Shown here: positions 28,956 through 38,853 of the stretch, in pieces
Position numbering within the stretch: the stretch's first letter is position 1
Layout: each line of letters opens with the position of its first letter
DNA from: Candidatus Latescibacterota bacterium
Lineage (GTDB): Bacteria > Latescibacterota > UBA2968 > UBA8231
Length of the DNA: 64,000 nucleotides
Assembly: GCA_965223905.1 (NCBI GenBank)
Contig: CBDCXV010000011.1
Coordinates: 960,001-1,024,000 of the forward strand
Direction: 5' to 3'
The notes under the pieces: generated by a model
Database searches by the model: none
What the model saw: the letters and a program-made list of their open reading frames with translations, nothing else
Told to the model about the DNA's origin: nothing
Translations under genes and position numbers: made by a program

Positions 28956-29399
28956 TTAGGCGGTCAGGTGCTCGTCCAGAGAGGCGAGGCAGCCTTCCCA
29001 GCCGCTCTGGTGACGGGCGCCCACATCCTCGGAACTGAAACCTTCGTGGATCAGCTCGATCACCGTCCCCTTGCCGCTGCGGCGAAACTCGATGGTGACT
29101 GTTGAAACCTCCCCGTCCATGCTGGTCTGCTCCCATTCCCAGGTCATTACCAGCCTGCGGGGCGGGAGGATTTCCCGGAAAGTCCCCTTGACGAACATGT
29201 GATCCCCGTCCGGCGCCTGCATCTCCAGGCGATAGATGCCGCCGACCCTCAGGTCGACGTCGGCGCTCGGCGCGGTGAATCCGGGCGGGCCCCACCAGTC
29301 CATCAGCTGCTCCGGATCCGTGAAGGCGGCGAACACCGCTTCCGGCGGCGCGGCTGTTTTGTGGGTGAGACGCAGGGAAAAGGGGCCGGGTGCCGTCAT
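28956..29399 (-). CDS. SRPBCC (AHSA1/START-like) domain protein
   Basis: APPEAVFAAFTDPEQLMDWWGP, DLRVGG, PRRLVMTW, GWEGCLASL. Confidence 0.9.
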   Translation of the reverse strand: MTAPGPFSLRLTHKTAAPPEAVFAAFTDPEQLMDWWGPPGFTAPSADVDLRVGGIYRLEMQAPDGDHMFVKGTFREILPPRRLVMTWEWEQTSMDGEVSTVTIEFRRSGKGTVIELIHEGFSSEDVGARHQSGWEGCLASLDEHLTA

Positions 29400-29538
29400 T
29401 TCAATTCAACCTCAACCGACTCGTGAATCGGGGTGTATCGGGGTTGTCCGGGCATGGTTCAGAAGCGCAGGATGGCGATCGCAAACAAGTCTCTCCTGTA
29501 GTTGGCATCAGACCGACGGAAAAAGGTCCTTGAAAAAG

Positions 29539-30297
29539 GGCTCCTCTGGAGAATCTGTGGGTGAGGAGGGGACGCTGCGGGGATGGGCATAGAGGAGGCC
29601 AAGGTAGCACAGGCGCATCATCCCCGGTATGTTGGGACAGTCCACCAAGACCGATCCCAACTACCTGTGGAGGGAATGATGCGCCTGATCACGGTACTCA
29701 ACCGGTGCACGACGTTCAAGCAGTTTGTGTTTGAGGGCAGTCATTTTGACAGGCACGGAAGGATGATGGTGAGGATCAGACCACGGAAAAATTCCAGGGC
29801 CGCGTGCAGCGGCTGCGGTCACTTGTCCCCCACCTATGACACGGCCACCGAGGCACGGCTGTTCGAGTTTGTTCCCCTCTGGGGGTTTCCGGTCTTTCTG
29901 GTGTATCGCATGCGCCGGGTTGCCTGCAAAGCCTGCGGCCGGATGGTCGTCGAGAAAGTCCCCTGGAGCACGGGCAAGCACCACCTGACCGACCTCTACC
30001 GGCTGGGGGCAGGGAAGTTTCTCCAGCGCTGGTGTTTCCGTACGATGAGAAGCAACATCGAACCCGATGAAAGACATCGCCAAGATGCTGCGGCGTCATC
30101 AAGAGCTCATCCTAAATTGGTTCAGGGCCAAGAAGCAGTTCAACAACGGCATTGTCGAGGGCTTGAACCTGAAATGGAATCTGACGGTGAGAAAAGCATT
30201 CGGATTCCGCACCTTCAAGGCACTCCAAATCGCTTCGTTCCATCAGCTTGGCGATTTACCCGTACCCCAATTCACCCACGAATTCTACTGACGAGCC
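29539..30297 (+). mobile_element. internally deleted ISL3-family element (759 bp)
   Basis: IRL ggctcctctggagaatctgtgggtga (29539-29564); reverse complement of IRR ggctcgtcagtagaattcgtgggtga (30272-30297); 21/26 match; no target duplication. Confidence 0.8.
29676..30291 (+). pseudogene. ISL3 family transposase remnant
   Basis: Zinc-finger CSGCG..RRVACKACG..EKVPW joined directly to C-terminal ILNWF..NGIVEGLNLK..AFGFR; central DDE region deleted. Confidence 0.85.
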
Positions 30298-30299
30298 AT

Positions 30300-30864
30300 C
30301 AATTTTACCGACTACGACATCGACCTCTCCTCCAAGAAACGGGGCCGACGAAGACTGGCGCTTCGGGATACGGCTACTCACTTGGCATGGAGGCGGGCCG
30401 CCGTATCGCGTTTGGTGAAAACCGAAACCTGATACCGAGAACGTGGTTGGTTCACACCACGGGTTTCCGTGGACAAATTCACGGATCACGGATGTATATA
30501 TTCACGGATCACGGATGTATATGATGTATATGGTGAACGCGCGCGTGTTTTACCCCACGGCCGATCGCTTCGGTGGAGGCTTCGGGTTGGTGGCCGAATG
30601 GACGCCCGTCTGGGCTAAAAGAAGCCTGTCACTGCGGGGGTGTCGCTGGACACCGAGCGGACCTTCCTGGGAGCCGGGACATCCGTTCTGGTATCGGGAG
30701 AGAGGCTGATCTCCGAAGCCGCGAAAAACAGCCTGCTCCTGGGTCTGAGCGGCACCTATCGCCAGGGCCGCTTCGCCCTCGGGGTCGAGACCTCAGCCGG
30801 GGCGGCTTTGGGATCCGGCCTCATGGAATACTCCGGGTTCCTCCATTTCGGAGTACGGTTTTAG
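30300..30864 (+). pseudogene. autotransporter-like beta-barrel C-terminal remnant
   Basis: GYGYSLGMEAGRRI..LIPRTWL and ..LLLGLSGTYRQGRF..YSGFLHFGVRF (terminal Phe) in shifting frames; 5' part replaced by the ISL3. Confidence 0.55.
30477..30531. repeat. nested tandem micro-duplications
   Basis: attcacggatcacggatgtatat x2 (30477-30499, 30500-30522) plus gatgtatat (30523-30531); each unit contains cacggat x2. Confidence 0.9.
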
Positions 30865-30962
30865 CAGGAAGAAGCCGCCGGGACTGAGGGACGTACGGTC
30901 GCTGGAGCCGTTCCCGCGGCAGGTTGACATGTACCCCCAAGGCAGCGGCCGCTTTGCGGGGT

Positions 30963-31427
30963 TTACCCGGGGCGAAGCTGTCGCAGAAAGCCGTCGAGAT
31001 CCGCGTCGAAACGCTCGCAGAGCCTGGCGACTCGGCCGGCGATCTCCCCGACTTTGAGCGGATCGAGGTCCGCGGTGCAGGGGTGGCGGAACAGATGCCG
31101 GAAGCGGCGCAACTCGTCGAGGATTTCCGCGGTCTCAGGAGACAGCAGGGCGGGCCGAATGCCCTCGATCCGCAGCTTCATGCGGCGCAGCAGGCCGGTG
31201 TGGTAGCCCTCCCCTTCCACCTGGTTCTCGAAGGTCCCGGCAATCTCCTCGAACAAATGCTCGAAGCCGCCGTAGAGGTTGTGGAGCTGGTAGGCCATGC
31301 TGTCCACCCCTTCCGGTGTATCGGCGAAACCGGAGCGCCGCTCGAGGATCCTCTCCGCGAGGCTGTGCAGCTCCTCCCGCCGGCTGTCCAGTGCCGCCTG
31401 CAAGACGGCGAACGAATCCCTATCCAT
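30963..31427 (-). CDS. HEPN-domain ribonuclease toxin (HepT-like)
   Basis: LHNLYGGFEHLFEEIA..FEN..YHTGLL..RPALLS..LRRFRHLFRH (RX4H). Confidence 0.82.
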   Translation of the reverse strand: MDRDSFAVLQAALDSRREELHSLAERILERRSGFADTPEGVDSMAYQLHNLYGGFEHLFEEIAGTFENQVEGEGYHTGLLRRMKLRIEGIRPALLSPETAEILDELRRFRHLFRHPCTADLDPLKVGEIAGRVARLCERFDADLDGFLRQLRPG

Positions 31428-31759
31428 AGACCTCGAGCCCCGCTTCGGTGAACGACTCGGCCGCGGGATGACGGTCGAGGTCGATGACGTCCACCTGCCG
31501 GTCGGTCGCCTCCTCCAGGGCCTTCATCACGTCCAGAAAGCGCATGCGAACAGCCGCTGACCGCGACGTCGACGTCGGATGAGCTGCGCCAAGCCCCCGG
31601 GGTCTTGAGGGAACCCACGATGTAGGCAGCCTCGATCCCATGCTGGCGGCGAATCCGCCGCAAGACCTCCTGCACCCGTTTCAGCAGTGCCTCCCGCTCC
31701 TCCTCCAGCTTCAGCCGCCGGCTCCTCAGGGCCTCGTCCAGTCTGTGCGTGTCGAACAT
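31420..31759 (-). CDS. minimal nucleotidyltransferase (MNT) antitoxin, frameshifted near 31538
   Basis: YIVGSLKTPGAWRSSSDVDVAV then VDVIDL in the next frame; extra T in gcgctttctggac; overlaps the HEPN start. Confidence 0.78.
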
Positions 31760-32128
31760 GAAACCTCCGGCAGATGCGCCTCGGTCAATCTCCACTTCCT
31801 TGGAATCTCAGGGGTCGAAGGTCGGACTACAAGCTACTTGGCAGGTCGACCCCATGTGTGACAGGCAGGTTCACCTCCGCGGCCATCGTCCCCAAGCCCG
31901 AGCTGATCTTTGAAGAGACCGATCGCATTCCCGGCTCGATACTGGATATCGTCGCGGGTCGGGTATGCCTGACAAGCTCGTGCAGGAAGATCGTGGTCGA
32001 GTATCCAGGGGCAGATCCCGGGTATCGCTGAAGTTCTGAGACCCGCGGCTGCTCAGCCGGTGTATTCCGGATTGGGAGGAAAGGAAGGCCCGCCTGGACG
32101 CGGTCGTGCCCCGGTGGCGATCTGAGAA

Positions 32129-32743
32129 TCAAGCCGCAGCAATCATCTGCCCCAGTGCTGTAAACAACTCATCGCAGTGACCGCACCGTTTCATTGCCTT
32201 GTTCGCATCAATCCGTGCCAGCAGATCGCTCGCATGCCTGATCTTGTGGTAGGGCCCCTTCTGCGTGCGCTCCGTCGCCTGGCTCAAGCGGCGTATCAAA
32301 TCAACCCTTGACACTGTCTCGAGATTGGCCGCCCTCGGAAGGCCCTGCCCCCTGAAACCCTGCCCGTAGTAGCTTGCCAGAGTTTCCGGGTCAGCGACGA
32401 TCCAAGCCTCCATCGCCTGCACCATCAGGTGAACGGCATCTTCGTTGGCAAAGCTCAGATCCCATTTGTCCCCGGATCGAAGGTGGTCCCGGGCCGACTG
32501 GCTCACCGGCGCCTCGGCGTCGACCAGAAGGACATTCACCACATCATTCCCGTTTATGACGGCATTTCGAAATCCTTGGAATGCCTCTTTGCGTGGGCCG
32601 CAACAGACCAGCTTCCAGCGTAGCGCCTTGTTCCTGGCTGCCTCTTTGAGGGGCTGAAGAAACGAATCCATCCCCTGGCGAAGAGCTGCCCGGTTTTCCT
32701 TGCCGACACCCCCGCCTTCCATGTAGATGGCGATGTCAGTCAC
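32129..32743 (-). CDS. DUF4276 family (TOPRIM-like) protein
   Basis: IAIYMEGGG, LVCCGPR, LLVDAE, MVQAMEAWIVAD, YHKIRH; GTGA overlap with the ATPase. Confidence 0.8.
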   Translation of the reverse strand: MTDIAIYMEGGGVGKENRAALRQGMDSFLQPLKEAARNKALRWKLVCCGPRKEAFQGFRNAVINGNDVVNVLLVDAEAPVSQSARDHLRSGDKWDLSFANEDAVHLMVQAMEAWIVADPETLASYYGQGFRGQGLPRAANLETVSRVDLIRRLSQATERTQKGPYHKIRHASDLLARIDANKAMKRCGHCDELFTALGQMIAAA

Positions 32744-33921
32744 GGGTTGGCGCCAAGCTCCCCCATCCGCCAAAGGTCGCCAAGCCTGTATTCGTCCAGC
32801 CAATCGGCGAGCTTTTCGGGGTCGAGCCGACGCAACACAGTGCCAGCCCCTGGCCGCTCGCAGGCGACGATGGAGGCCGGCTGATGGGTCAGCGCCGACA
32901 CAAAGGCATCGGAATGCGTCGTGACCACCAGTTGCATACGCCCGGAGGCTTCGACGACAAGGTCGGCGAGCAGCGCCACGGCGTCGGGATGCAGTCCGAG
33001 CTCCGGTTCTTCCATGCAGACGAGCGGGGGCGGCGATGGGTTCAACAGGGTCGCCAGCATTGCAATGAATCGGATGGTTCCGTCGGACAGCCGGGTTGCG
33101 GGAATCGGGGTACTGAAGCCGGATTCGTGCAGGAAAAACTGTAAGGTCCCCCCGGAAATCGAGGTGGACATTCGCTCGAACCGGGGGAAAAAACGTTTCA
33201 GATGCTTGTTGAATACCGGACCAGCCTGGTGTTCAATCTGGTTGAGCACCAAGGCCAGATTGCTGCAGTCGGGAAGCAGCCATTTCTCCGGAAGATCCGC
33301 TCGTTGCGGCTGCCGCAACGCACCGTAACGGCCGAACGTCCACTCGCGGAACGTTTGGATTTGCTGAAACTGCCATCCGAGCCAGAAGAGTTCCGGATAT
33401 AGGTCCGGATCCTTGCGCTGCGCTAGGACGGATTGATCCAGCGAGTGCTCTTTCGACGGAACAGTTATCTCCTCGGTTGATCCACCCGGCGGTATCCTCC
33501 TGCGAATGTTGATTTCTGGGTGACCCTGCTGGAAGATGAAATAACAAGTTGGCTCTACTCCCTTGGGAGACCCTTCCTCGATTTCCTCGTGGATGATGTT
33601 GACAAAAGGTCCAATAGTGTTAAACGAGATGCGATACCTCAACGGCTCGTCCGTCATCATATTCGGACCTGTTTCTACTTCTACAGTCGCAGGTGACGAA
33701 CGTTCATCCCCTTTCCACAGCCACTCCTTCGCACCGCCGCCGTCCCGGATCGCAGCGGCGAAGTCCGTCGGCGTGGCGCGCAGGAGCTCCAGCACCTCGA
33801 TGAAGTTCGATTTCCCCGACGCATTCGGACCAATAAGAACGTTCAATGGCTGCAGCTCGAAGAACTCCATATCGGGGGGAAACGACAGCAGCCCACCCAT
33901 GCGAAGCCGTTGGATGAACAT
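32740..33921 (-). CDS. ABC-type AAA ATPase (AAA_21/COG4637-like)
   Basis: GPNASGKSN, LSDGT, MEEPELGLHP, VTTHS; no TM partner. Confidence 0.88.
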   Translation of the reverse strand: MFIQRLRMGGLLSFPPDMEFFELQPLNVLIGPNASGKSNFIEVLELLRATPTDFAAAIRDGGGAKEWLWKGDERSSPATVEVETGPNMMTDEPLRYRISFNTIGPFVNIIHEEIEEGSPKGVEPTCYFIFQQGHPEINIRRRIPPGGSTEEITVPSKEHSLDQSVLAQRKDPDLYPELFWLGWQFQQIQTFREWTFGRYGALRQPQRADLPEKWLLPDCSNLALVLNQIEHQAGPVFNKHLKRFFPRFERMSTSISGGTLQFFLHESGFSTPIPATRLSDGTIRFIAMLATLLNPSPPPLVCMEEPELGLHPDAVALLADLVVEASGRMQLVVTTHSDAFVSALTHQPASIVACERPGAGTVLRRLDPEKLADWLDEYRLGDLWRMGELGANP

Positions 33922-33942
33922 CGGATTTACCCTCCTTGAATT

Positions 33943-35559
33943 TCAGGCATCGAGCACGCCGATGGTCGGACCGAAGCTGTCCTGGTACGCCTGCGCGTCG
34001 AGGCGGCAGTCGATCAGCGTCCCGACGTCCGCGGAAAAAGCCGCTTTCAGCGCTTCCCGAAACCCCTCCGGCGTATCGACGGTTGCCCCTGCGAGTCCGC
34101 AGCACCTGGCCACCTCGGCGTAATCGACCCTCTGCAGCTGCAGCTTGTACTCCGGCATCCCGCGCGCCTTCTGCCTCCACTTCATGGTTCCGAGAGCGTC
34201 GTCGTTCAGGATCACCAGCGGCACCGCCACCCCGACGCGCGCCAGGGTCTCCAGCTCTCCGAGCCGCATCAGCAGACTGCCGTCGGCGCCGAGTCCCATC
34301 ATCGGGATCTCCGGGGCTGCCAGCTTTGCCCCGAGAATCGCCGGTATCGTCAGGCCCATGGTGCGCCCGCCGCTGGTGCCCCGGTAACTTGCCGGATCGT
34401 CGACCTTCCACAGGCGCTCGAGAATGGTGATGTAGATCCCGGTCTCCGAGAACAGCACCCCTCCCGGCGGCATCAGCTCCCTGGCGATCTCGATGATGTC
34501 TTGCGCCGCCAGCCGGGCGTGCGGGGGCCGCGCGAAGTGCGGCTCCACCGCGGCGTCGATCGCGGCCAGATCTGCCATGGGAAAGCCGTCCCCCGCCGTC
34601 GTCAGCTGCGCGATGGAGGCCTTGAGGTCGCCGTCCACTCTCACTTCCGGTTCGGGAGTGAAGGAGAGGTACCCGGGTCGGGCCACGAGCTCGCAGACCG
34701 GCAGTGGAAAGCTCCACGGCACGTGCGCCATCATCGCGTCCGCCCCGGCGAAGAGCACGGCGTCGGCGCGCTCGAGCACCTCCATTTCGACGGTGTTGGC
34801 CACCCAGCTCCCGGTCATCACTCCGGCCCAGCGGGGGTGGGACTCGGGAAAGGCACCGCGTCCGTCCATCGTCGACAGCACCACCCCTCCGATGCGCTCG
34901 ACCAGCTCGACCAGCTCCCGGGTTGCCCCTGCCCGGGTCACGTCGGCCCCAGCGACGACTGCGGGTTTGGCGGATCGTTCGAGAAAGGCCCGCGCCGCCT
35001 CGATGGAAGGGGCCGGCGCAGGCGGGTCGACACTGGCCGGAAGGGGCGCCAGCGGTCCGTCGCAGTCCGCGGCTCCGAGGTCGGAGGGCAGGTCGAGGAG
35101 GACAGGCCCGGGGCGGCCGTCGAGGGCGCGGAAGGAGGCCTCCCGCAGCATCCCGGGCGCGGCCTCCGGGTTCAGGGTGCCGCTGTACTTGACCACCGAG
35201 CCGAACAGCTCCTCGTGGGCGCACTGCTGCACGAGCTCGCCCCGGGTCACCGTCGACGCGGAGGACTCGCACAGGCAGATGACGGGCGCCCGCTCGAAGT
35301 AGGCGTTGACCGCCCCGCCGGCGAGGTTTCCCGCGCCCACCCCCTTCACCGACAGCGCCAGGCCCGCGGTCTCCTTCATCAGGCCGTTGCAGGCTCCCGC
35401 TATCCCCGCGGCCGACTCGTGCGCCACGGACACGAACTCGACCCCGAGCCGGCGGCCGTACTCCATCAGGTCGAGAGGACAACCACCCCCGGGAATCCCG
35501 AAGAAATGGCGAATCCCCCTCTCCCGTGCTTCGCTGATGATCAGTTCTGCAAGTTTCAC
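33943..35559 (-). CDS. thiamine pyrophosphate-binding protein (acetolactate synthase-like)
   Basis: FFGIPGG, VAHESAAG, RPGPVLLDLPSD, GADGSLLM...ILND. Confidence 0.88.
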   Translation of the reverse strand: MKLAELIISEARERGIRHFFGIPGGGCPLDLMEYGRRLGVEFVSVAHESAAGIAGACNGLMKETAGLALSVKGVGAGNLAGGAVNAYFERAPVICLCESSASTVTRGELVQQCAHEELFGSVVKYSGTLNPEAAPGMLREASFRALDGRPGPVLLDLPSDLGAADCDGPLAPLPASVDPPAPAPSIEAARAFLERSAKPAVVAGADVTRAGATRELVELVERIGGVVLSTMDGRGAFPESHPRWAGVMTGSWVANTVEMEVLERADAVLFAGADAMMAHVPWSFPLPVCELVARPGYLSFTPEPEVRVDGDLKASIAQLTTAGDGFPMADLAAIDAAVEPHFARPPHARLAAQDIIEIARELMPPGGVLFSETGIYITILERLWKVDDPASYRGTSGGRTMGLTIPAILGAKLAAPEIPMMGLGADGSLLMRLGELETLARVGVAVPLVILNDDALGTMKWRQKARGMPEYKLQLQRVDYAEVARCCGLAGATVDTPEGFREALKAAFSADVGTLIDCRLDAQAYQDSFGPTIGVLDA

Positions 35560-35590
35560 GGCCGCTTCAGACCTCCTGTCGACAGGACTC

Positions 35591-35619
35591 TTGAGTATCC
35601 TTCTGTGAACCGGTAGGTT
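35591..35619 (+). promoter_or_regulatory. possible sigma70 promoter for the PPTase
   Basis: TTGAGT-17 bp-TAGGTT. Confidence 0.35.
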
Positions 35620-35686
35620 CGCCCCGCCCCGGCCGGGGCGGAAGGCAGAATGTAGGACCGATACCTGGGGGATGTAACCTTTGGCG

Positions 35687-36292
35687 ATGGACCCTGACCC
35701 AGCCCTGCTGCGGGTCGGCAACGACGTCGTTTACCGGCGCGACCCGCACATAGCCGCCCACCACCTGAAGCGGCGTTTCGTCGACCGGGTCTGCAGCGCC
35801 GGAGAGGCGGAGCGGGTGCGGACGAGCCGGGAGCCCGGCCTTCTGCTGTGGTCGCTGTGGGCGGCGAAGGAGGCGGCCTACAAGGCGGTCGTAAAACTGC
35901 GGCCCGGCACCCCGTTCGCGCACAGGCGCTTCGTCGTCGACGAGTCCCTCTCCGCGGTCCGCTACGAGGATCTGCAGCTGTCGTTGGCGGTGGAAGCGAA
36001 CGAGGAGTGGGTGCACGCCGTCGCCTGCACCGGTGAAGCCGACATCCTGTCGCCAGTGGAGCGGAAGGAAGACGGAACGAGCCAGAAGGAAGCGGTCCGC
36101 GCCCTCGCTCTCGGGGCCGTGGCGGCGCGCTTCGACCTGCCGCGGGACCGCCTCGAGATCGTCCGGCCTCCGGATGCCGAAGGACGCCCCGACCCTCCCG
36201 AGCTGCTCCTCGACGGCCTGGCAACCGGGGTCGACATCAGCCTGTCGCACGACGGCCCGTTCGTCGCCTGTGCGGCCATCCGCCGCGCTTAG
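35687..36292 (+). CDS. 4'-phosphopantetheinyl transferase
   Basis: VGNDVV, LWAAKEAAYKA, ISLSHDG. Confidence 0.85.
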   Translation: MDPDPALLRVGNDVVYRRDPHIAAHHLKRRFVDRVCSAGEAERVRTSREPGLLLWSLWAAKEAAYKAVVKLRPGTPFAHRRFVVDESLSAVRYEDLQLSLAVEANEEWVHAVACTGEADILSPVERKEDGTSQKEAVRALALGAVAARFDLPRDRLEIVRPPDAEGRPDPPELLLDGLATGVDISLSHDGPFVACAAIRRA

Positions 36293-36298
36293 CGCCTC

Positions 36299-37120
36299 TC
36301 AGTCCGAGGTCAGCCGCTCCCGCTCCCGGCGCTCGATCTCGCCGAGCCGGGCCACTTCCTTCAGGACCTTGCGTCCGACCTGCACCTGGTTGCGGAACAG
36401 CCTCGGGTCGACCCCGTCGAACTCCGACATGTCGACCGGGTCCCCGTACACGACGATCACGGGCCGGGCGCGTCCGAAGTTCCGGCGCGCTTCCTCGGCC
36501 GGGTTGTCGCTCAGGCCGTTGATGAAAATCGGAATGACGATCGGACGGGCGTGCAGGACGACGCGGCCGAACCCCGGCTCGGCCGGCAGCAGCTCGTAGG
36601 GATCGCTGTTCTTGTTGCGCGTTCCCTCCGGGTGGATGCCGACCAGGGTCTGAGGCGACTTCAGGCGCTCGGCGAGGAAGTCGAGCCCCGCCCGAGTCAC
36701 CCCCCGCTTGTGGCGCGGCCGGAAGATCGGCGGGAACATCGACATGGTGCTGAAAGCGAGGTTGGAGAGGATCCCGGGCACCGTGTCGTACAGGAATGCC
36801 GAGCGCACCGGGAAGAAGAACTGGTTCCAGTGCACGACGTGCCGGTACAGGTAGCTGGCGATGATGTACTGGTCGAAGTAGGTGCGGTGGTTGGAGGCGA
36901 TCAGGACGCCCCGGTCGGGACGCAGGCCGACCATCCTGTCCATGCCGACGAGGTGGATGCGGCGGCTGGTCAGCAGGGTGACGAAGTGCCGGTGGACGTT
37001 TCTGTTGATCCAGTGGGTGGCGGCGCGGAGGCGCGGGGATTCGTTGATCCTGCTCGCGAACGCCAGGGCCGTGCGCTCTACCCGGGTGAGGGTGGCCAGA
37101 TCCTCGGGGGGTATCTCCAT
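36299..37120 (-). CDS. lysophospholipid acyltransferase (PlsC-like)
   Basis: SNHRTYFD (HX4D), HPEGTR, VIPIFI. Confidence 0.88.
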   Translation of the reverse strand: MEIPPEDLATLTRVERTALAFASRINESPRLRAATHWINRNVHRHFVTLLTSRRIHLVGMDRMVGLRPDRGVLIASNHRTYFDQYIIASYLYRHVVHWNQFFFPVRSAFLYDTVPGILSNLAFSTMSMFPPIFRPRHKRGVTRAGLDFLAERLKSPQTLVGIHPEGTRNKNSDPYELLPAEPGFGRVVLHARPIVIPIFINGLSDNPAEEARRNFGRARPVIVVYGDPVDMSEFDGVDPRLFRNQVQVGRKVLKEVARLGEIERRERERLTSD

Positions 37121-37177
37121 GAAGTCACGGGAGAACGGCGGTGAGGCGGGGGGAGTCCCGCCTCGCGGCTTCAGGTA

Positions 37178-37423
37178 TCAGCCGGTCGTGGCGATCAGGT
37201 TGACGGCATCGCCGACGGTCGTCACCCGGTCGGCGGCGTCGTCGGAGATCTCGATGTCGAAGCCGTCCTCGATTTCGAGAACGATGTCGACCAGCCTCGC
37301 GGAGTTGACCTCGAGATCTTCCTGAATCGAGGTCTCCATGGTGACGTTGGAGAGCGCTTCCTCGTTCTTGGCGAACGGGGTCAGTATCTCGACGATTTTT
37401 TTGAAAACTTCCTGCGTGTCCAT
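37178..37423 (-). CDS. acyl carrier protein (NS-type attachment motif)
   Basis: EDLEVNSARLVDIVLEIEDGFDIEISD..TVGDAV. Confidence 0.92.
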   Translation of the reverse strand: MDTQEVFKKIVEILTPFAKNEEALSNVTMETSIQEDLEVNSARLVDIVLEIEDGFDIEISDDAADRVTTVGDAVNLIATTG

Positions 37424-37572
37424 TGCAGCGATCCTTTGATCCGTTTCTTTGGCGGTGACGGCCGTCCCGCGGCAGAGCCGATCCGCTTCTGCATCGCTTT
37501 CGGTGCGGCCGGCATCGCCGGCAATTTTGCGGCCTTTCCCAAGCGGGTATCACCGCAGGCCCACTTATAAAG

Positions 37573-38853
37573 TTACGGGATTTTTCGGAAAATCACACAG
37601 CCGTTCACGTCTCCGAAGCCGAAGCTCGCCTTGGCGACCGCCTTCAGGCCGGGGAGGTCGACGCACTCGTGGGGTATGCGGCCGGCGTAGGCTTCGAGGT
37701 CGGGGTGCAGGTCTTCGCAGTTGATGGAGGGGTGGACGAAGCCGTGGTGGAGCTCGAGGACCGAGGCGACGCACTCGATCCCCCCGGCAGCCCCGAGGGC
37801 GTGTCCTATCAGCGACTTGGTCGAATGGATGTAGGGCATGTCCGCAGGGTCGAGCCGCAGCGCCCGTGACCAGTTCCCGACCTCGTGCGGGTCGGCGAAG
37901 GTGGCGGTGAGGTGGCCGTTGATCGCGCCGATCTCGCCGGCGTAGACCCCCGACATCTCCAGGGCGCCGCGCAGGCAGCGCTCGACGCTGTTGGGGTTGG
38001 GGGCGGTCATGCTGCCCCCCTGGCGATGGCCGCCGCAGTTGAGGAAGACGCCGGCCACCTCGGCGTAGATGCGGGCTCCCCGCTCGCGGGCGGACTCCAT
38101 CTCTTCGAGCATCAGCATGCCGGCCCCCGACCCGGGGATGAAGCCGGCGGCGCTGGCGCTCATCGGCCGCGACGCCGCCTCCGGGTCGTCGTTGCTGTTG
38201 CGGTTGAGGACGCGCATGGCGTCGAACCCGGCCCATATGTAATGGCTGTGCCCCTCCGAGCCCCCGGCGAGCATGCGCTTCGCCAGCCCGTCCCTGATGC
38301 GGTAGTAGGCCTGCACGACCGCCTCGGTGCCGGTGTTGCAGGCGCTCGAGTTGGTGCTCACCTGGTTGCCGAGGGCGAGCTTGCCGGCGATGCGGGCGCT
38401 GTTGCCGCTCGACATGATCTGCTCGACCATGGTGCTTCCGAGCCGCCTAACCCGCCCCGCCTGCGTCCTCGGCGCCAGGGTTTCGGCGATGGTGTCTATG
38501 CCCCCGATCCCGGTGCCGATGATGCCCCCGGTATCCCAGTCGGGCTCGTCGCCGTCCCCGCGCATCTCCAGGCCGGCGTCGTTCCAGGCGTCGATGGCGG
38601 CGATCGCCGCGTACACCATGTTCGCGTTCATCGCGAACAGCTCTTCCTCGCTCAGGTAGGCGGCCTGCAGCTCCTCGACGCCGTCGGGGATGCCGCCGAC
38701 CTGGCAGCCGAACTTCAGCTCGGCGAGTTGCTCGTGAAAGCCGATCCCGCTGCGGCCCCGGCGCAGGGCCTCGGCGAACTGCTCGAGGCCGTGACCGTTG
38801 GGAGCCAGCACTCCGAGGCCGGTGACGGCGACCCTGGTGTCATTTCCGTTCAC
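37573..38853 (-). CDS. fabF: beta-ketoacyl-ACP synthase (FabF/FabB-like)
   Basis: RVAVTGLG, SSACNTG, INGHLTAT, KSLIGHALGAAG, SFGFG. Confidence 0.88.
   Translation of the reverse strand: MNGNDTRVAVTGLGVLAPNGHGLEQFAEALRRGRSGIGFHEQLAELKFGCQVGGIPDGVEELQAAYLSEEELFAMNANMVYAAIAAIDAWNDAGLEMRGDGDEPDWDTGGIIGTGIGGIDTIAETLAPRTQAGRVRRLGSTMVEQIMSSGNSARIAGKLALGNQVSTNSSACNTGTEAVVQAYYRIRDGLAKRMLAGGSEGHSHYIWAGFDAMRVLNRNSNDDPEAASRPMSASAAGFIPGSGAGMLMLEEMESARERGARIYAEVAGVFLNCGGHRQGGSMTAPNPNSVERCLRGALEMSGVYAGEIGAINGHLTATFADPHEVGNWSRALRLDPADMPYIHSTKSLIGHALGAAGGIECVASVLELHHGFVHPSINCEDLHPDLEAYAGRIPHECVDLPGLKAVAKASFGFGDVNGCVIFRKIP

Noticed and set aside
29531-30305. Target-site duplication around the ISL3 remnant
   Set aside because: Flanks tgaaaaag and atcaattt do not match.
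30477-30531. CRISPR mini-array
   Set aside because: Repeats are directly adjacent with no spacers and no cas genes.
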